A stretch of 64,000 nt of DNA from Octopus vulgaris (GCA_951406725.2 OX597831.1:32364001-32428000); one strand, 5' to 3'; positions 37,761-51,906 are shown, numbered from the stretch's first letter. Notes: generated by a model from the sequence alone, not told the origin. Program-made: numbers and translations.

Positions 37761-38598
37761 CTGAGGATATTTTTGTCAAGTGCTGCTGTAGAAGTTTGAT
37801 ATCTAATTACACAGGTTAACATCTTTAATGGATGTTTCTGGGAATAATTTAATAAAAGTATTGAACTGAATAAAGATATACAGTCAAAGAAACACTGAAC
37901 AACACCTGTCCAAAGCTTCAGGTACAATGACTGACAAAAGCAAGAACACTGTGTGAGTGTGATCATTGTTTAACATCCGTTTTCCATGCTGGCATGGATT
38001 GGATTGGATTGGATGGTTTGACAGGAGCTGTCCACACTCCATATTGTTGTGGCATGGTTTCTATGGCTGGATGCCTTTCCTAACGCCAACCACTTTGCAG
38101 GATGTGCTTGGTGCTTTTACATATGTACACACATATACATACACACACACATGAACACATGATCTCATGGGCCTTAAGGGTAAAGACATGGCTGTGTGGT
38201 TAAGAAGCTTGCTTCCCAAACATATGGTCTTGGGTTCAGTCCCACTACATGGCACCTTGGGCAAGTGTCTTCACTAAAACCCCAGGCTGACCAAAGCCTT
38301 GTGAGTAGATTTCGTAAATGGAAACTGTAAAAAGCCCATGCCACAACAATTGGAGTCTGGACAGCTCTGAATACCCTTACCACTGAGCCATGGGTCTTCA
38401 CACAAAAGAACAATGTACAAGAGTATGGGGAGGTACACCGTGGCACATCTTCATCCTCATCTTCTGCCTTTACCAACCAGGAGACACATATGCCTTCCTC
38501 TAAGCAAAACACCTGTCACTGCCCCTCTATCATCCTTTTAAACTTATTATCTGACAAAAAACCACCTTCATAAATATAAAACCCCACCTCAATTATTA

Positions 38599-38930
38599 AC
38601 ATTATTTACATTTAACGGATATTTGTCCTCATCTTGTTTGTCGTTAACACAACATTTCGGCTGATATACCTTCCAGCCATCATCAGGTGTCTTGAGGAAA
38701 TTTCAAACCTGGGTTCTCATTCCTAAGGTATTTTTCGAGATTATTGTTATTATAATTATTATTATTCAGGTCACTGCCTGGAATCGAGCTCAGAATCTTG
38801 GGGTTAGTAGCTAACGCTCTTAACCACTATGCCATATGCCCATGGGCATATGGCATAGTGGTTAAGATGAGGACAAATATCTGTCAAACGTAAATAATGT
38901 ACATAATTCCTCATCTCTTAAATATAGAAC
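38599..38930 (-). mobile_element. Head-to-head palindromic retroelement with tRNA-like head and hammerhead-like 3' region (Penelope-related?)
   Basis: Perfect 50-bp palindrome 38818-38867; outer inverted repeat 38599-38635 / 38864-38900; A-box TGGCATAGTGG and B-box-like GAGCTCGATTCC on the minus strand. Confidence 0.7.
38646..38691 (-). ncRNA. Minimal type-I hammerhead ribozyme motif
   Basis: Minus strand GACAC-CUGAUGA-U-GGCUG-gaagguauau-CAGCC-GAAA-UG-UU^GUGUU: intact core, 5-bp stem II, stem I GACAC/GUGUU, loopless stem III. Confidence 0.7.
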
Positions 38931-39342
38931 CGGACCCATTTCAATTGTAAATCATTTGGTGACCTCGCTGCTGGTGCCATGTAGAAAGCACTCAATATCC
39001 TCTGTAAAGTGATTAGCATTAGGAAGAGCTTCCTGTTATAGAAACTATGTTAAAGCAGTCATTGGAGCTTGGTGAAGTCTCCTGGCTTACCAGCTAACTG
39101 TCAAATGGTCCAGTCCATCCATGCCAGCCAGTAGCATGAAACATAGATACTAAACAGTGATGATGAGGTCTTAAGAGATTAGCCAATAATCCCAAAACCA
39201 GTAAGGAATCTCCAACACTGAATCCAATACCTTAACCTGCCAACTTCTGGAATCAGTTTCGGGTTGACATTAAGGGACCTCTTCAAGGAACTACAGGAGC
39301 TGACGAGGCTATCATCATCATCACAATATTTCTCTAAATGAA

Positions 39343-39575
39343 GGTAGCAAGCTGGCAGAATCGTTAGCATGCTGGGCAAATTGCTTAGCGGTATATCATC
39401 CATCACTACGTTTTGAGTTCAAATTCCGTTGGGGTCGACTTCGTCTTTTGTCCTTTAGGGGTTGATTAAATAAGTACATTATACACTAGGGTCGATCTAA
39501 TCAGCTTAATCCCTTTGTCTGTCCTTGTTTGTCCCCTCTGTTTAGCCCCCACTCCACCTCCATCAGCAATAAAGA
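39343..39575 (+). mobile_element. SINE family A with 16-bp TSD
   Basis: AATATTTCTCTAAATG at 39325-39340 and 39576-39591. Confidence 0.92.
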
Positions 39576-40637
39576 AATATTTCTCTAAATGGTCTGGTAC
39601 CACAGCCATGTTTGACAAGAGTGTGAAGTCAGTTGTACAGTTCCTTTGCCCTGTTGTAGGTCCACCTGTTCTATGTCCACCAGGCCCTATGGACAGCCAT
39701 TATCAGTGACCAGGGTTGCCAAATCGTAAACAAAGTATTGACATGATTATGGTCCCTTTGTGGAGGGATTACTGTATAGCCTATGCAAATCACCCATGGT
39801 TAAATGTCCAAAGGAAATATCACAAGATATTCAATGCTGCACTGATTAGGCTCATTAATTAGGATCAATAAATTGCAGGTATTTTGTTGATCACACACTT
39901 GTCCATGGTTTAATGAAGTGCATGTCATTCAAAGTGATGTTTGGTCACACTGCCAAATTGCCCATCCACCTGAGCCACAACGTAGATGAGAGACAAATCT
40001 CCCCAGGGATAAGATGCTACTCTCTCTTTCTTTCTCTCTCTCTCTATACTAGTCCATCTAAGTGTAATTTCAGTGATATTTGGCTGCTGTTTCTGCAGAG
40101 GCTTTGTAAACTTATGTAGCCAACCTTCCCTAAACTTCAAAAATGTTTCAAGAGATTCCATTTAGTTGTGGTATGTAGACATGAAGTGGATGAGAAACAA
40201 ATTTCCCCAAGGATGAGATGCTAGTCTCTCACTCCCAATACCAGTCAGTCTAAACAGTGGCAAGATGAATGGTTGAATGGATAAGGCATTGGTTTGCCTA
40301 ATCGGAGGCCTTGAGTTCAATTCAACTGTTGGTGCTTCATTACTTTTTATCTTATGCAAAACAATTTATTCTTAATTATTTCAATCCACCTAGCTCTTAA
40401 TAGGTAACACCAGATCACCTGTGACTAATGAAAATTACCCATCAACAGGTACTACCAGATCAACTGTGACAGACCAATATTACCTCAGTCCATCTAGTTG
40501 TCAATAAGTACCACCAGATCACAGATGACAAACATCTCAGTCTACATAGCCATTAACAGGTGCCATCATCAGTATGTGTGTTCATATAACTGATAACCAA
40601 CATAGTACACAAAAGCATTATTCTTCTCCATATTCTA

Positions 40638-40857
40638 ATTTCTTTATTGCCCACAAGGGGCTAAACATAGAGGGGACAAACAAATGGATTAAGTCGATTA
40701 CATCGACCCCAGTGCATAACTGGTACCTAATTTATCGACCCCGAAAGGATGAAAGGCAAAGTCGACCTCGGCGGAATTCGAACTCAGAACGTAACGGCAG
40801 ACGAAATACGGCTTTGCATTTCGCCCGGCGTGCTAACGTTTCTGCCAGCTCGCCGCC
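40638..40857 (-). mobile_element. SINE family A, young, 20-bp TSD
   Basis: TTATTCTTCTCCATATTCTA at 40618-40637 and 40858-40877; CpGs retained; B-box GAGTTCGAATTCC on the minus strand. Confidence 0.95.
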
Positions 40858-41514
40858 TTATTCTTCTCCATATTCTAGCCACAAGACTGTGGCCATGCTT
40901 CAGCACCACCTTCACACAGATGCACGTGTGTGTGTGTGTGTACCTATATACAAACACAAGAAGGGGGCATAACCAATATTTATATAACATTTAACAATGT
41001 ATTATATATATATATATATATATAAAACAATAACATGCAAATATGTGTGTGTGTGTGTGTGTGTGTGTTTGTGTGTACATACAGAAAACTGAATATATGG
41101 GCAGACAAGAAAGTAACGTCTGTCTGCATGTCCGTCTGCTAGTCTTCTTCATCTCAGACATGAAGCCACCAGCTAGCAATACTACCTAAGAACAGATAAT
41201 TCGATTTTGGTCGGTACACAATGGAATTCTTCACATGAATATTCTTTACCCAAGAGACACAGGCATCATTGGGAGGAGGGAGTGGGCTGGAGGAGGAGAA
41301 GGAAAGACAAATGTAGAGAGATGTAGAAATAAATAATGGGAGATAGGGAGGGAGGAGGGATAGAAGGTAGCGGGGGAGGGGTGTCAGACTGAATATGTAG
41401 ATAAACAGGTTAATAACACATATATATGCAGTACAAATTGCATTATATATATATATATGCCTGTATGTATTGTGTGAGTGTGTACATATATACACAGATA
41501 CACATGTGCATATA

Positions 41515-41577
<63 letters not shown>

Positions 41578-42190
41578 TACAATATATATATATATATATA
41601 CACATACATAATACAATATATATATATATATACATACATAATACAATATATATATATATACATACATACATAATACAATATATATATATATACATACATA
41701 CATAATACAATATATATATATATACATACATACATAATACAATATATATATATATACATACATACATAATACAATATATATATATATATATACATACATA
41801 CATAATACAATATATATATATATATATACATACATACATAATACAATATATATATATATATATACATACATACATAATACAATATATATATATACATACA
41901 TAAATAATACAATATATATATATACATACATAATATATATATATATATATACATACATAATACAAAAATATATATATATATATATATATATACATACATA
42001 CATAATACAATATATATATATACATAATATATATATATATATACATACATAATACAATATATATATATATACATACATAATACAAAAATATATATATATA
42101 TATACATACATACATAATACAATATATATATATATATATATACATACATAATACATATATATATATATATATATATACATACATAATACA

Positions 42191-42221
<31 letters not shown>

Positions 42222-42583
42222 CATACATAATACAATATGTATATATATATATACATACATACATACATACATAATACAATATGTATATACATACATACAT
42301 AATACAATATGTATATACATACATACATAATACAATATATATATACATACATAACACAATATATAAATACATACATAATACAATATATATATATATATAC
42401 ATAATACATATATATATATATATATATATAATATATATATATATATATAATACAATATATATATATATATACATAATACAATATATATATATACATAATA
42501 TATATATATATATACATAATACAATATATATATATACATAATACAATATATATATATACATAATAAATATATATATATAATAA

Positions 42584-42616
<33 letters not shown>

Positions 42617-42700
42617 TATAATACAATATAAATATACATACAGACATAATATATATACATACACACATATATATGTATACATATATATATAGATATGTGT
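41515..42700. repeat. ~1.2-kb compound minisatellite (ACATAATACA(AT)n(ACAT)n)
   Basis: Dozens of variable-length units; source of the spurious 400-500 aa Y/I/C/M ORFs. Confidence 0.95.
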
Positions 42701-43333
42701 GTGTATAGTTAGATCTGACTTTGAGCCTGTACCAATGTGTGCCTTTATCTGGTTGCTGGACATGCTAGAAATAGCAGCCAAATTTACTCTTGATAAAACA
42801 AAAGGAAGGACGGATTCGGTAACTTGGTCCTGGATAGTGTACATTTAAAAACAACTGGATGGTCATGGCTGGGATGTCTTTCAACATCACACCTGCTCTA
42901 ATTGGACTGACCAGAGCACAGCAACCACCACATCAAGAGTAAAGCATAATGATTAAAGAAACAGCACGATAGTCTGAGTGACAAGTTGCAAAATCTCACC
43001 TGTTACATGTCATTTTGATAACTTTAATTTTTGAAAAAGTAACTAATTACTGGGTACATTCTTACCCAGATCGGTAAATTAAAAGTTAAAGTTACCACAG
43101 TATCATTTATTAAGGAAAACTAATTAAAAACTGCGCGTAATTACGTGAAAAGGGGCTTCCTTTTGAAATGGCAATTAGGTCAAATACAGGAGTTTAGCGA
43201 AAAGTAAAGTTTCTTTCGATATTTCTTGTAGGTCAGCATGGGCTGTCCTTTCAACTTATTAGACACGTCCTAACTATATCTATAGACAGACAGATATACA
43301 TACATTTCTCTGAATGCCTTTGTGTGTGTGTCC

Positions 43334-43378
<45 letters not shown>

Positions 43379-43384
<6 letters not shown>

Positions 43385-43637
43385 AACTACAGATTCCTGC
43401 CCTACCACCGACTTCGGATGATAATAACTTTAAGAAAAATGGATATTTTTTTAATGAAATTTTCTACGAATATGTGTTATATCAAGTAGATTCCGAATAT
43501 ACAAATACAGATTCCCCCCCATAAGTTTTGTATATTCAGAATCTAAATGATATAACACATATTCGTAGAAAATTTCATTAAAAAATATCCATTTCTCTGA
43601 AAGTTATGATCAGCCAAAGTCGGTGGGGGATCTGTAG

Positions 43638-43668
<31 letters not shown>

Positions 43669-43689
43669 AGTCGGTCGGAATCTGTAGAT

Positions 43690-43695
<6 letters not shown>
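43379..43695. mobile_element. Long-TIR foldback element inserted in (TA)n
   Basis: Arms of over 100 bp (43387-43505 versus 43527-43637); outer tggcata.ctacagattcc / ggaatctgtagatatgcca; (TA)n on both sides. Confidence 0.75.
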
Positions 43696-43740
<45 letters not shown>

Positions 43741-46700
43741 GAGGCATTGCGATACGAGTAATGAAGTGGTTGGAAAGTCGATATACACACATCCCCACAC
43801 ATCTTTGTAAATATATACACGCATATACATTAACGAGTTTGGTAGAGCAAACAGGAAAAATATCTACTCAATACAAGCGTGCATGTTTTTTTGTCTTTTT
43901 TTTTTTTTGCTTGTTTTTTTCATATTTCTTTTAATCAGCAGAAAGTTACTAAAATGAATAAGGGATCGAGAGTCGTGCAAGACATTTCACATAACACGTT
44001 CTCAACATGTATCTCATACACACAGTGTGTGCGTATACATGTACATATATATACATGTATATTAGTGTGTGTTATACAGCCGTTCTTTCCCCCTAATGTC
44101 TCCACAGCTCCACAGTATTCTAAACAATCTAACATGTGTCTATTGTGGACTTGACCTCAACAAAACAACCGTTGGAGAAGGAGGCGGGGCAGATGGGGGA
44201 GGAGGGGGAGGAGGAGATGGCCCAACAGCATAGCATGACAAACACGCATTACTATCATTGATGTGTGTGTATGTATGTGTGAGAATATATGTATGAATGT
44301 GTTTGTGCGTGTATGTGTGGAGTGTTGATTGTTAGGCGTGTGTGAGCATGCTGTAGAAATCTTTTGAAAACGGTGGATTTTGTATACACAACTTGGACAA
44401 TGAATGTGTGTGTGTGTTATATGTAGATATGTATGTGTGTGTTATATGTAAATGTGTGTTATATGTAGATATGTATGTGTGTGTTATATGTAAATGTGTG
44501 TGCGTGTTTTATATATGTCACGAATTTCTTCGAAGACTTGCAGATTAAACGAAATGCATTTAATACACGTGAACACATGCATACATACAATATTCATAAC
44601 ACACATATAAACATACAATGTGCGTGTATGTACATATATTTATACACACACACACACACACACACAAACACAGACTCCTACGTACATATATCCATGTACA
44701 CGCATACTTCTTACATATACACACACACACACGTCTTGCGAAGAATGTACACACGTACATACACCAATATATATATATACACTGACACACACATATACAC
44801 ATTTTCACACGAAGCTATTATCGTCATTATATACATATACACAACTGCCATTATACACACACACTATATGCAGATATTATACATTATATACACACCTTGC
44901 CTTAAGGTTACGTGTACACATAGACGCATCAAATTCACTGTCTTCCTGACATTATACCTATACACACCGTTTTGCTTGCCTTACCCAAATATATACATAC
45001 CGTGTTACTTACAGTGTACACATTTATATACACATAACCTTGTTGTCATTTCGCATATATACACACATCGTCTTGTTTACGTTACAAACCTACATACATA
45101 CATACATACATACATACATACACACACAGGTCTGCTGACACAACACACACCTATATAAATTACATACACACACTGTTTACATATACACACGTACAGTTTA
45201 CACAACATAAACACACGTATCTACACATACACACGTATACATTTCACTCACATACATGTGTACATTAATACATATAGTCATTCATTCATACGTACTAAAA
45301 TACAAACACAGGTGCGTATATATGTATATGAATGCGCACGCACACACACACTGCCTGCGGTACACATACCCACACACACGTACTGTTTGCATCACACACC
45401 CATAAATACATATACTTAATGTTGACTACACACACACACACACGATATATACCCGCGCACTCTGAAATACACAGTTGCACTCCCGTAAAACCATCATTCT
45501 CTCCTAACAAACCGTATATGCCCACCCCTCCAGACATCAACCTTAAGATATTTTAAACTTAAAACCTCAACTGTCTTCGTTTCACTCGTCTGGGAAAGTC
45601 TGCCAAGGTCAAGGACATTGCCCCTCCCCTCGGGCTTTTGTTTAATTCATTACAAACTAATATTGTTGAGAATCTACACACTTCTGTTGCATATATAAAT
45701 TACACCCACATATACATATACACAACCTCGTCACATTGCACATACATACACACACTTATTTACATCACGCATACAGTTTGCTTACAATACATACATATAT
45801 ATACATACACATACATTTTGCTTACACTGCATATACATATCTATACAACTTGTTTACATTGCACACACATGCATATACAACTTACACACACACACACTAG
45901 CATCCATTGCAGATTTAACAAACACCTACTTTCATTGTACACATATATACACACATATATACACAGCTCTTGCTTACAATTCAAGCCTTATATCATGTAT
46001 TCGTGCACATATACACACACCTTGTTTACATTGCACACGCATACAATCACCTTTTGCTCACATTACAAACATATACACACATCCACTCTGATGTGGAGGG
46101 CACGTCTGGACACCCTGGCTGTATTGCTAGTACTCCTCAAAGAATCTCACTGAATACCGTAGACTATATACATACACACACACACCTATACATACCATTT
46201 TTAATATAAAAACGTGTGTTCTCTAGTTTATTATAATTTTAAAATTTAAATAGCGATGAGCCCCGTGGTAGATGTATATATAATATATTACGGAGGTATA
46301 TATATATATGGCTGGAAGTGGCTCGAATTGGTACTGCATAGGTACCACCACACCCTCGGACGGAGACAAGACTACACCTCACAAGACACTGGGTGTATGT
46401 GTGTAAATGTGTCAGTGTGTGTGTGTGTGTATAGATACATACATACATGCATACATACACACACCGTTAGGTATAAATTAACGTTATCAATTGTTCAGTG
46501 TACCCGGATATCTTCTGAATTTTCAGTAATATTTTTATGTCGTTGAGATTTTAATCACCCGCATTATATCCGTTTAAGACCAGGAAGACACCCACCCACA
46601 CATATAGACCCAACGTATACACGTACACATCATAGACGTATTCAGAAAACTGACAAACCTTTCAAATATCCACACACCCCAAGACATTTAAATCCCTTAT

Positions 46701-47045
46701 CACACGCATACATACACAGAACAACATCGATTTTCACACATACGCTATAAGACAACATTTAAAACTCTCTCACATACATACACACACATGACAACATTCA
46801 AATTTTTCACATACACTGACAAACACATTTGCCTTTTAATTAAACTCACTAATACACCTGTATTATACGCATAACTACAAATGCACGTATACACACATAC
46901 GTCAGTTGTTACACACACACACACGTGTGTGTGTGTATATTTATGTATATGTATTATTCACTTAATTAGGTCTTCTTATCAAGTTTTATTAATTAAAGGT
47001 TTCTTTTAATAATAATGTTTTCAATACAGAAACACACACACACAC

Positions 47046-47096
<51 letters not shown>

Positions 47097-47886
47097 TTCC
47101 AAGAACTCGGTAATACTGTCTACTACAATTTTAAGGACAGTAGTACTAACGCATAACACATGTTAATACAAATACGCGTAATTATAATTATTAATAATTA
47201 ATTATTACTTAATTGTGCCAACACCCACACCACCAACGTCAACCCAGAAAAACCGTGGTTTTGATGTTTGTATCAGAAATTTTTATTATTAATATCAACG
47301 TTATTTGAAAATGGTTTCACTTCACACGTACCTTGCTAAACACACACCCCCCCGGGAAATGGATGATTGTCACTTTAACAACCAAGGAGCGGCATTTACG
47401 TGATCGATCAATCTGCTAGACAGAACAGGGGAAAAGAATCTTCCTCAAATAACTACACACCTTGCTGTCTTTATAATAAAGACATTAAGTAAAGTTGTTC
47501 AAGATATATGGTATGAAAAGACGAGATGGTCACGGGTGGGCTGCCTTCTGGGCATAAGTCTGCTCGCTCAGGGTCTACCAGGGTCTGACACAATAATAAA
47601 AATACAAGGCAAGTACTTGCTTCGTTGTAAACACTGCCGAAAGTAACCTTATTCTGGCGGGAATTGCTAAAGCGCATAGCTGTGATACCTGTCATACTCT
47701 GGGGTCCATTCCAATCTCCTACAACTTAAACACCTTTACAAGACGATTGATGTCAGTCATCTGGTTGATGTCTGTAGGAAAGGCATGAATGACACACATT
47801 CTCTTGATCCTCTCACCCTCCTACAAATGTTTGCCCTTACATCCACCATACAATACAGTACACACACACATTTATATACATGTGTC

Positions 47887-47942
<56 letters not shown>

Positions 47943-48282
47943 TGTGTAAATTCCACAAACCCTATAACACATATCCAACAAAAATTATAAATTTACACAT
48001 TCACACACATATGTATCTATCATGGGATGTGTGTGTGTGTGTGTGTATATAAATATATATACACACACAAGTTAATTACTAGTGTGATGTGTATATATGG
48101 CCTTAGTAGATATATTATTTTGTAAGAAAGTATTGTAATGTTTGTGTTCATTGCCTCCTTGTGGCAAAAGGATTGTTACATAATGATAATTATCATTATT
48201 ATTGCCATGACCACCAGCATTATTGCTTCCAATATGACTACTACTAGATATGTGATAGTGTGTGTATATACATAACACATTA

Positions 48283-48560
48283 ACAGAATGTCAATATAAA
48301 CAGAAAACACACATATACACTCTCTCACGCATACATTACACAAATGTGGATACAGACATTATATGCATGTATGAGTATATATAACTTTGTATACACAGGC
48401 ACACACAAATGGGGTTATATATATACTTCTCTAGATAGCTATACACACATGAATGTATGTATATAACAAAATGTCAATATAAACAGAATACACACATATA
48501 CACTGTCATACAGACATCCATTACATGCATGAGTATATATTTATATACACAAACACACAT
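48283..48560. repeat. Local tandem duplication (~184-bp period)
   Basis: aatgtcaatataaacagaa.acacacatatacact near 48286 and 48470. Confidence 0.65.
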
Positions 48561-48607
48561 ATATACATGTGGATGGATAGATAGATAGATAGATAGACAG
48601 ACATGCA

Positions 48608-48659
<52 letters not shown>

Positions 48660-48695
48660 AATTGAGATCTTGTATTTCTCCATTTTCTTATCTTG

Positions 48696-48744
<49 letters not shown>

Positions 48745-49027
48745 TGTTCCAAGTGTATATAAAGTTTCTTCTTACCTGATTCGTGTAATATTTCTCCAGT
48801 TCGGAAGGGGATACAGTAGCCAACACATATAATATGTAGATATATATATATGTGTGTATGTGTGTATTCAATGTGTGTATATCCACCTGTTTTGTGTGAA
48901 AAAGTTGACACAAACTCAAGAAAACAAATAAATAAATAAATAAAAACACTATATCCTTTTTGCCTTCATCATCATCATTATCATTATCATCATCGTTATC
49001 AGCAGTAGTAGTAATAATTAGGATTGT

Positions 49028-49061
<34 letters not shown>

Positions 49062-49194
49062 AGGTGGTTGGCGCACTGGTTAATGTACATCACTGAATAA
49101 CAGTCCTTCTCTCTATCACACATATATTGGTTAATTAGTCACAATATTAAGGCAATTTTGTTAATATTCCGCCATAATTTTTAATTGACTTTCT

Positions 49195-49392
49195 TTGCTC
49201 TTCTTGTTCTTCTGTTCCCCCCCGATTTTTCTTTGCTCAATTTTGCGGCACCACCGTCAACTGCTGCTTCTGAAGTTGTTGTTGTTGTTGCTGTCGTCGT
49301 AGTATATAGTGATAGTAGTAGTAGTGGTGATGGTGGTGGTGGTGATCGTCGTCGTCGTCGTGGTTCTCTCCAACCCATCTCACCTGTGCCAG
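49195..49392 (+). other. Candidate first (5' UTR) exon ending in a strong splice donor
   Basis: CAG|GTAAGA at 49392/49393 after CpG-containing, triplet-repeat-rich sequence; start coordinate is a guess. Confidence 0.35.
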
Positions 49393-49399
49393 GTAAGAC

Positions 49400-50279
49400 A
49401 AATCTCACCCATTCTTTTTGTCTTTCTCTTTCTTTCACTCACGCTCGCCCCTTTTCTCCTTACTCTTCCCCCGTCTCTTACTCTCTATATCTCTCTTCCT
49501 TTCACTCCATATCTCTACCACCTCCTTTTCTGTCCTATACACTTTCTAATCACCCTTCCTCTCTTGTATCTCTCTTTCCCCGCTCTCATCTCACCCTCTT
49601 TCTTTTTTCATTTACCCTTTCTCTTATACTTTACTCTTCTCTCACTCTCTCACGTCACATCTTATCTTCCTAGCTTTCCCTTCCTCTTGTATTTCTCACT
49701 CTCTCCCTCTCTCTATCTCTCATTTCACCCTCTTTCTTTTTTCATTTACCCTCTCTCTTACACTTTACTCTTCTCTCACTCTCTCACGTCACATCTTATC
49801 TTCCTAGCTTTCCCTTCCTCTTGTATTTCTCACTCTCTCCCTCTCTCTATCTCTCATTTCACACTCTCTATGTCCAGCTCACCTTTCTCACTGACGTCTC
49901 TTTTCTCTCTTTCTCTCTAACACACATTTCACACCCTCTCTTTGTAACTTAACCTTTCTCTTCTACCTCTCTCTTCTCTTCCCCCCTCGCTTCTTTCCCC
50001 CTCTCTCTCTCTCTCTCACACACATCACACCCTCTTTTTCTAGCTTTCCCTTTCTTTCTCTCCTTCATTATACTTCTGTCATAAACTTCTCTCCATTTTA
50101 CCATTTCTTCAATTCCTTTACCTAATTCTCTTTCTGTTTCATTTCATTCGATATTTCTTTTCCCTCTGTTTCTCTGTATCTCTCTCTTTCTCTCTCTCTC
50201 TCTACTTTGTTTTTACCTTTCTATATTTTCCTTTTTACCTATCATTTATTTTCTATTTCTTTCACTTCTTTTCTTCCTC

Positions 50280-50323
<44 letters not shown>

Positions 50324-50630
50324 CCTCTTTACCTCTATTTCTCATTCATTACTTTCTAATATTTTCTTTTTTCAGCCTTTTTCTTCTCCTCTCCCTCGCA
50401 CTCTAGTTTTCATCTTAACTCTCACCTCCTCCTCCATCTTTCTCTCTTTCTTCCTCATTATCTCCCTCTCGCTATCTTTCTATGCTCATCATTCTTTCTC
50501 TTCCTCTCTACCTTTCTCTCATCTCTACATCTCATATTTTTACTCTCTCTCTCTCTCTCTCTCTTTTCTCCTCTCTCTATTTCCCCTTGTATTTCTCTCA
50601 CCCTCACTCTTCTCCTCATACATTTCACAC
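49400..50630. repeat. 1.2-kb polypyrimidine (CT-rich) tract with a 134-bp tandem duplication (about 49583-49868)
   Basis: ttcatttaccc...cacgtcacatcttatcttcctagctttccc starts at 49607 and again at 49741. Confidence 0.85.
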
Positions 50631-51906
50631 TCTGATGCATTTCACAAAACGAAACGAACCGCGTCCACACCGAAACGAAAAGATCATATAAATTTACTGA
50701 ATGAACCAAGATGTACACAGCAGCAACAACAACAACAACAACAATAACCATACGATGCACTCAGCTGATAATGCTGCTCTGCAAAACACCACCTCAGTGG
50801 CTGCAACGATTGCTCTTACAATAACAACAACAACAACTGAAACGAACCAACTCGGGACCCGCTATGCGGTCACTGGACCGGCTAAAAATAGAAGTCAAAT
50901 CTCTCTCATGTCTCATTCTACCGCCTCGGGAGAAGAAAAATCATATTGGATAATGTAGCTTGATGTAGTCCTTTAAAAAATGGGATGGTCATAACTGGAA
51001 TGCTTTGGTCATAGGGTTGTTTGACATGGGGCTAAATCACAAGATCACCGGATCTCTTGGGGGGTGGGTATGTTGGCTACCTTACTACCCCCACGGTTTG
51101 TGTTTAGGTCATATTTAGGTATGTGTGTATGTGTGTGTGTGTACTACGGACATATGATTTGAATGCTACAGGGGACCTAGGGGGTGTCAATTCACTGCGC
51201 CTGAGAATCCACCAGAAAATGTGATGACGGTTGCTTCTCATAAGAGTATATAGAGGAGGTGCCTGAGAACTACCCACCAAAATCCTTACAGAAATACTGT
51301 GTAGAGAAAATGGATATATATATGTGGTGGGGGTATGTATGTATGTATGTATGGTATACTTTTGGTGTATGACTACAATTTGAAAGTGGAAATATTAACA
51401 AATTTCGGTAATGTCCACGAGGATGTGTCAAAGAGGCATTCTACACTATTTTTTTTTACTTTTTCATTTTTATTTTATTTTATTTTTTTATTTTTTTCAA
51501 AAAATTTCTTCAAGAGTCCTGTGTATTAAAAACCAGGGATTGCGATTTTGCAAAAAAAAAAAAGAAAGAAAAATATATATATATATATATGTATATAACA
51601 AGAAGAAAAAAAGAGAAAGAAAAGGGGAAAAAAGGTTTTCAATGACATTTAATTCCTCAACAAAACAAAATTCTTTCTTTTTCATTTTTGTTTCTTAATC
51701 TTTCTTTTTTTTTTTTTTTTTTTGGAGTTGAGGCATTGAGGGTGAAATTTTGGGTAGAATTCCATGTTTAAAACATGGAGAGTTTGATGGTCAGGTTTTT
51801 TTGTTTTTTTTGCATGTTTCAAAGTTTCAGTGCCAATTCCTTGTGATATTTTCCCAGTTTCAATCAGAGATTATTATTCTAAAAAATATCGTGTGTGTGT
51901 GTGAGA

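Noticed and set aside
41154-42844. Long ORFs of 504, 486 and 407 aa
   Set aside because: Translations of an (AT)n-based minisatellite in all three frames; Y/I/C/M composition with no domain.
44475-46209. H/T/Y/I-rich ORFs of 171-227 aa
   Set aside because: Degenerate (CA)/(TA) microsatellite sequence.
49185-49920. ORFs of 162 and 203 aa
   Set aside because: They run through triplet repeats and a CT tract; no recognisable protein.
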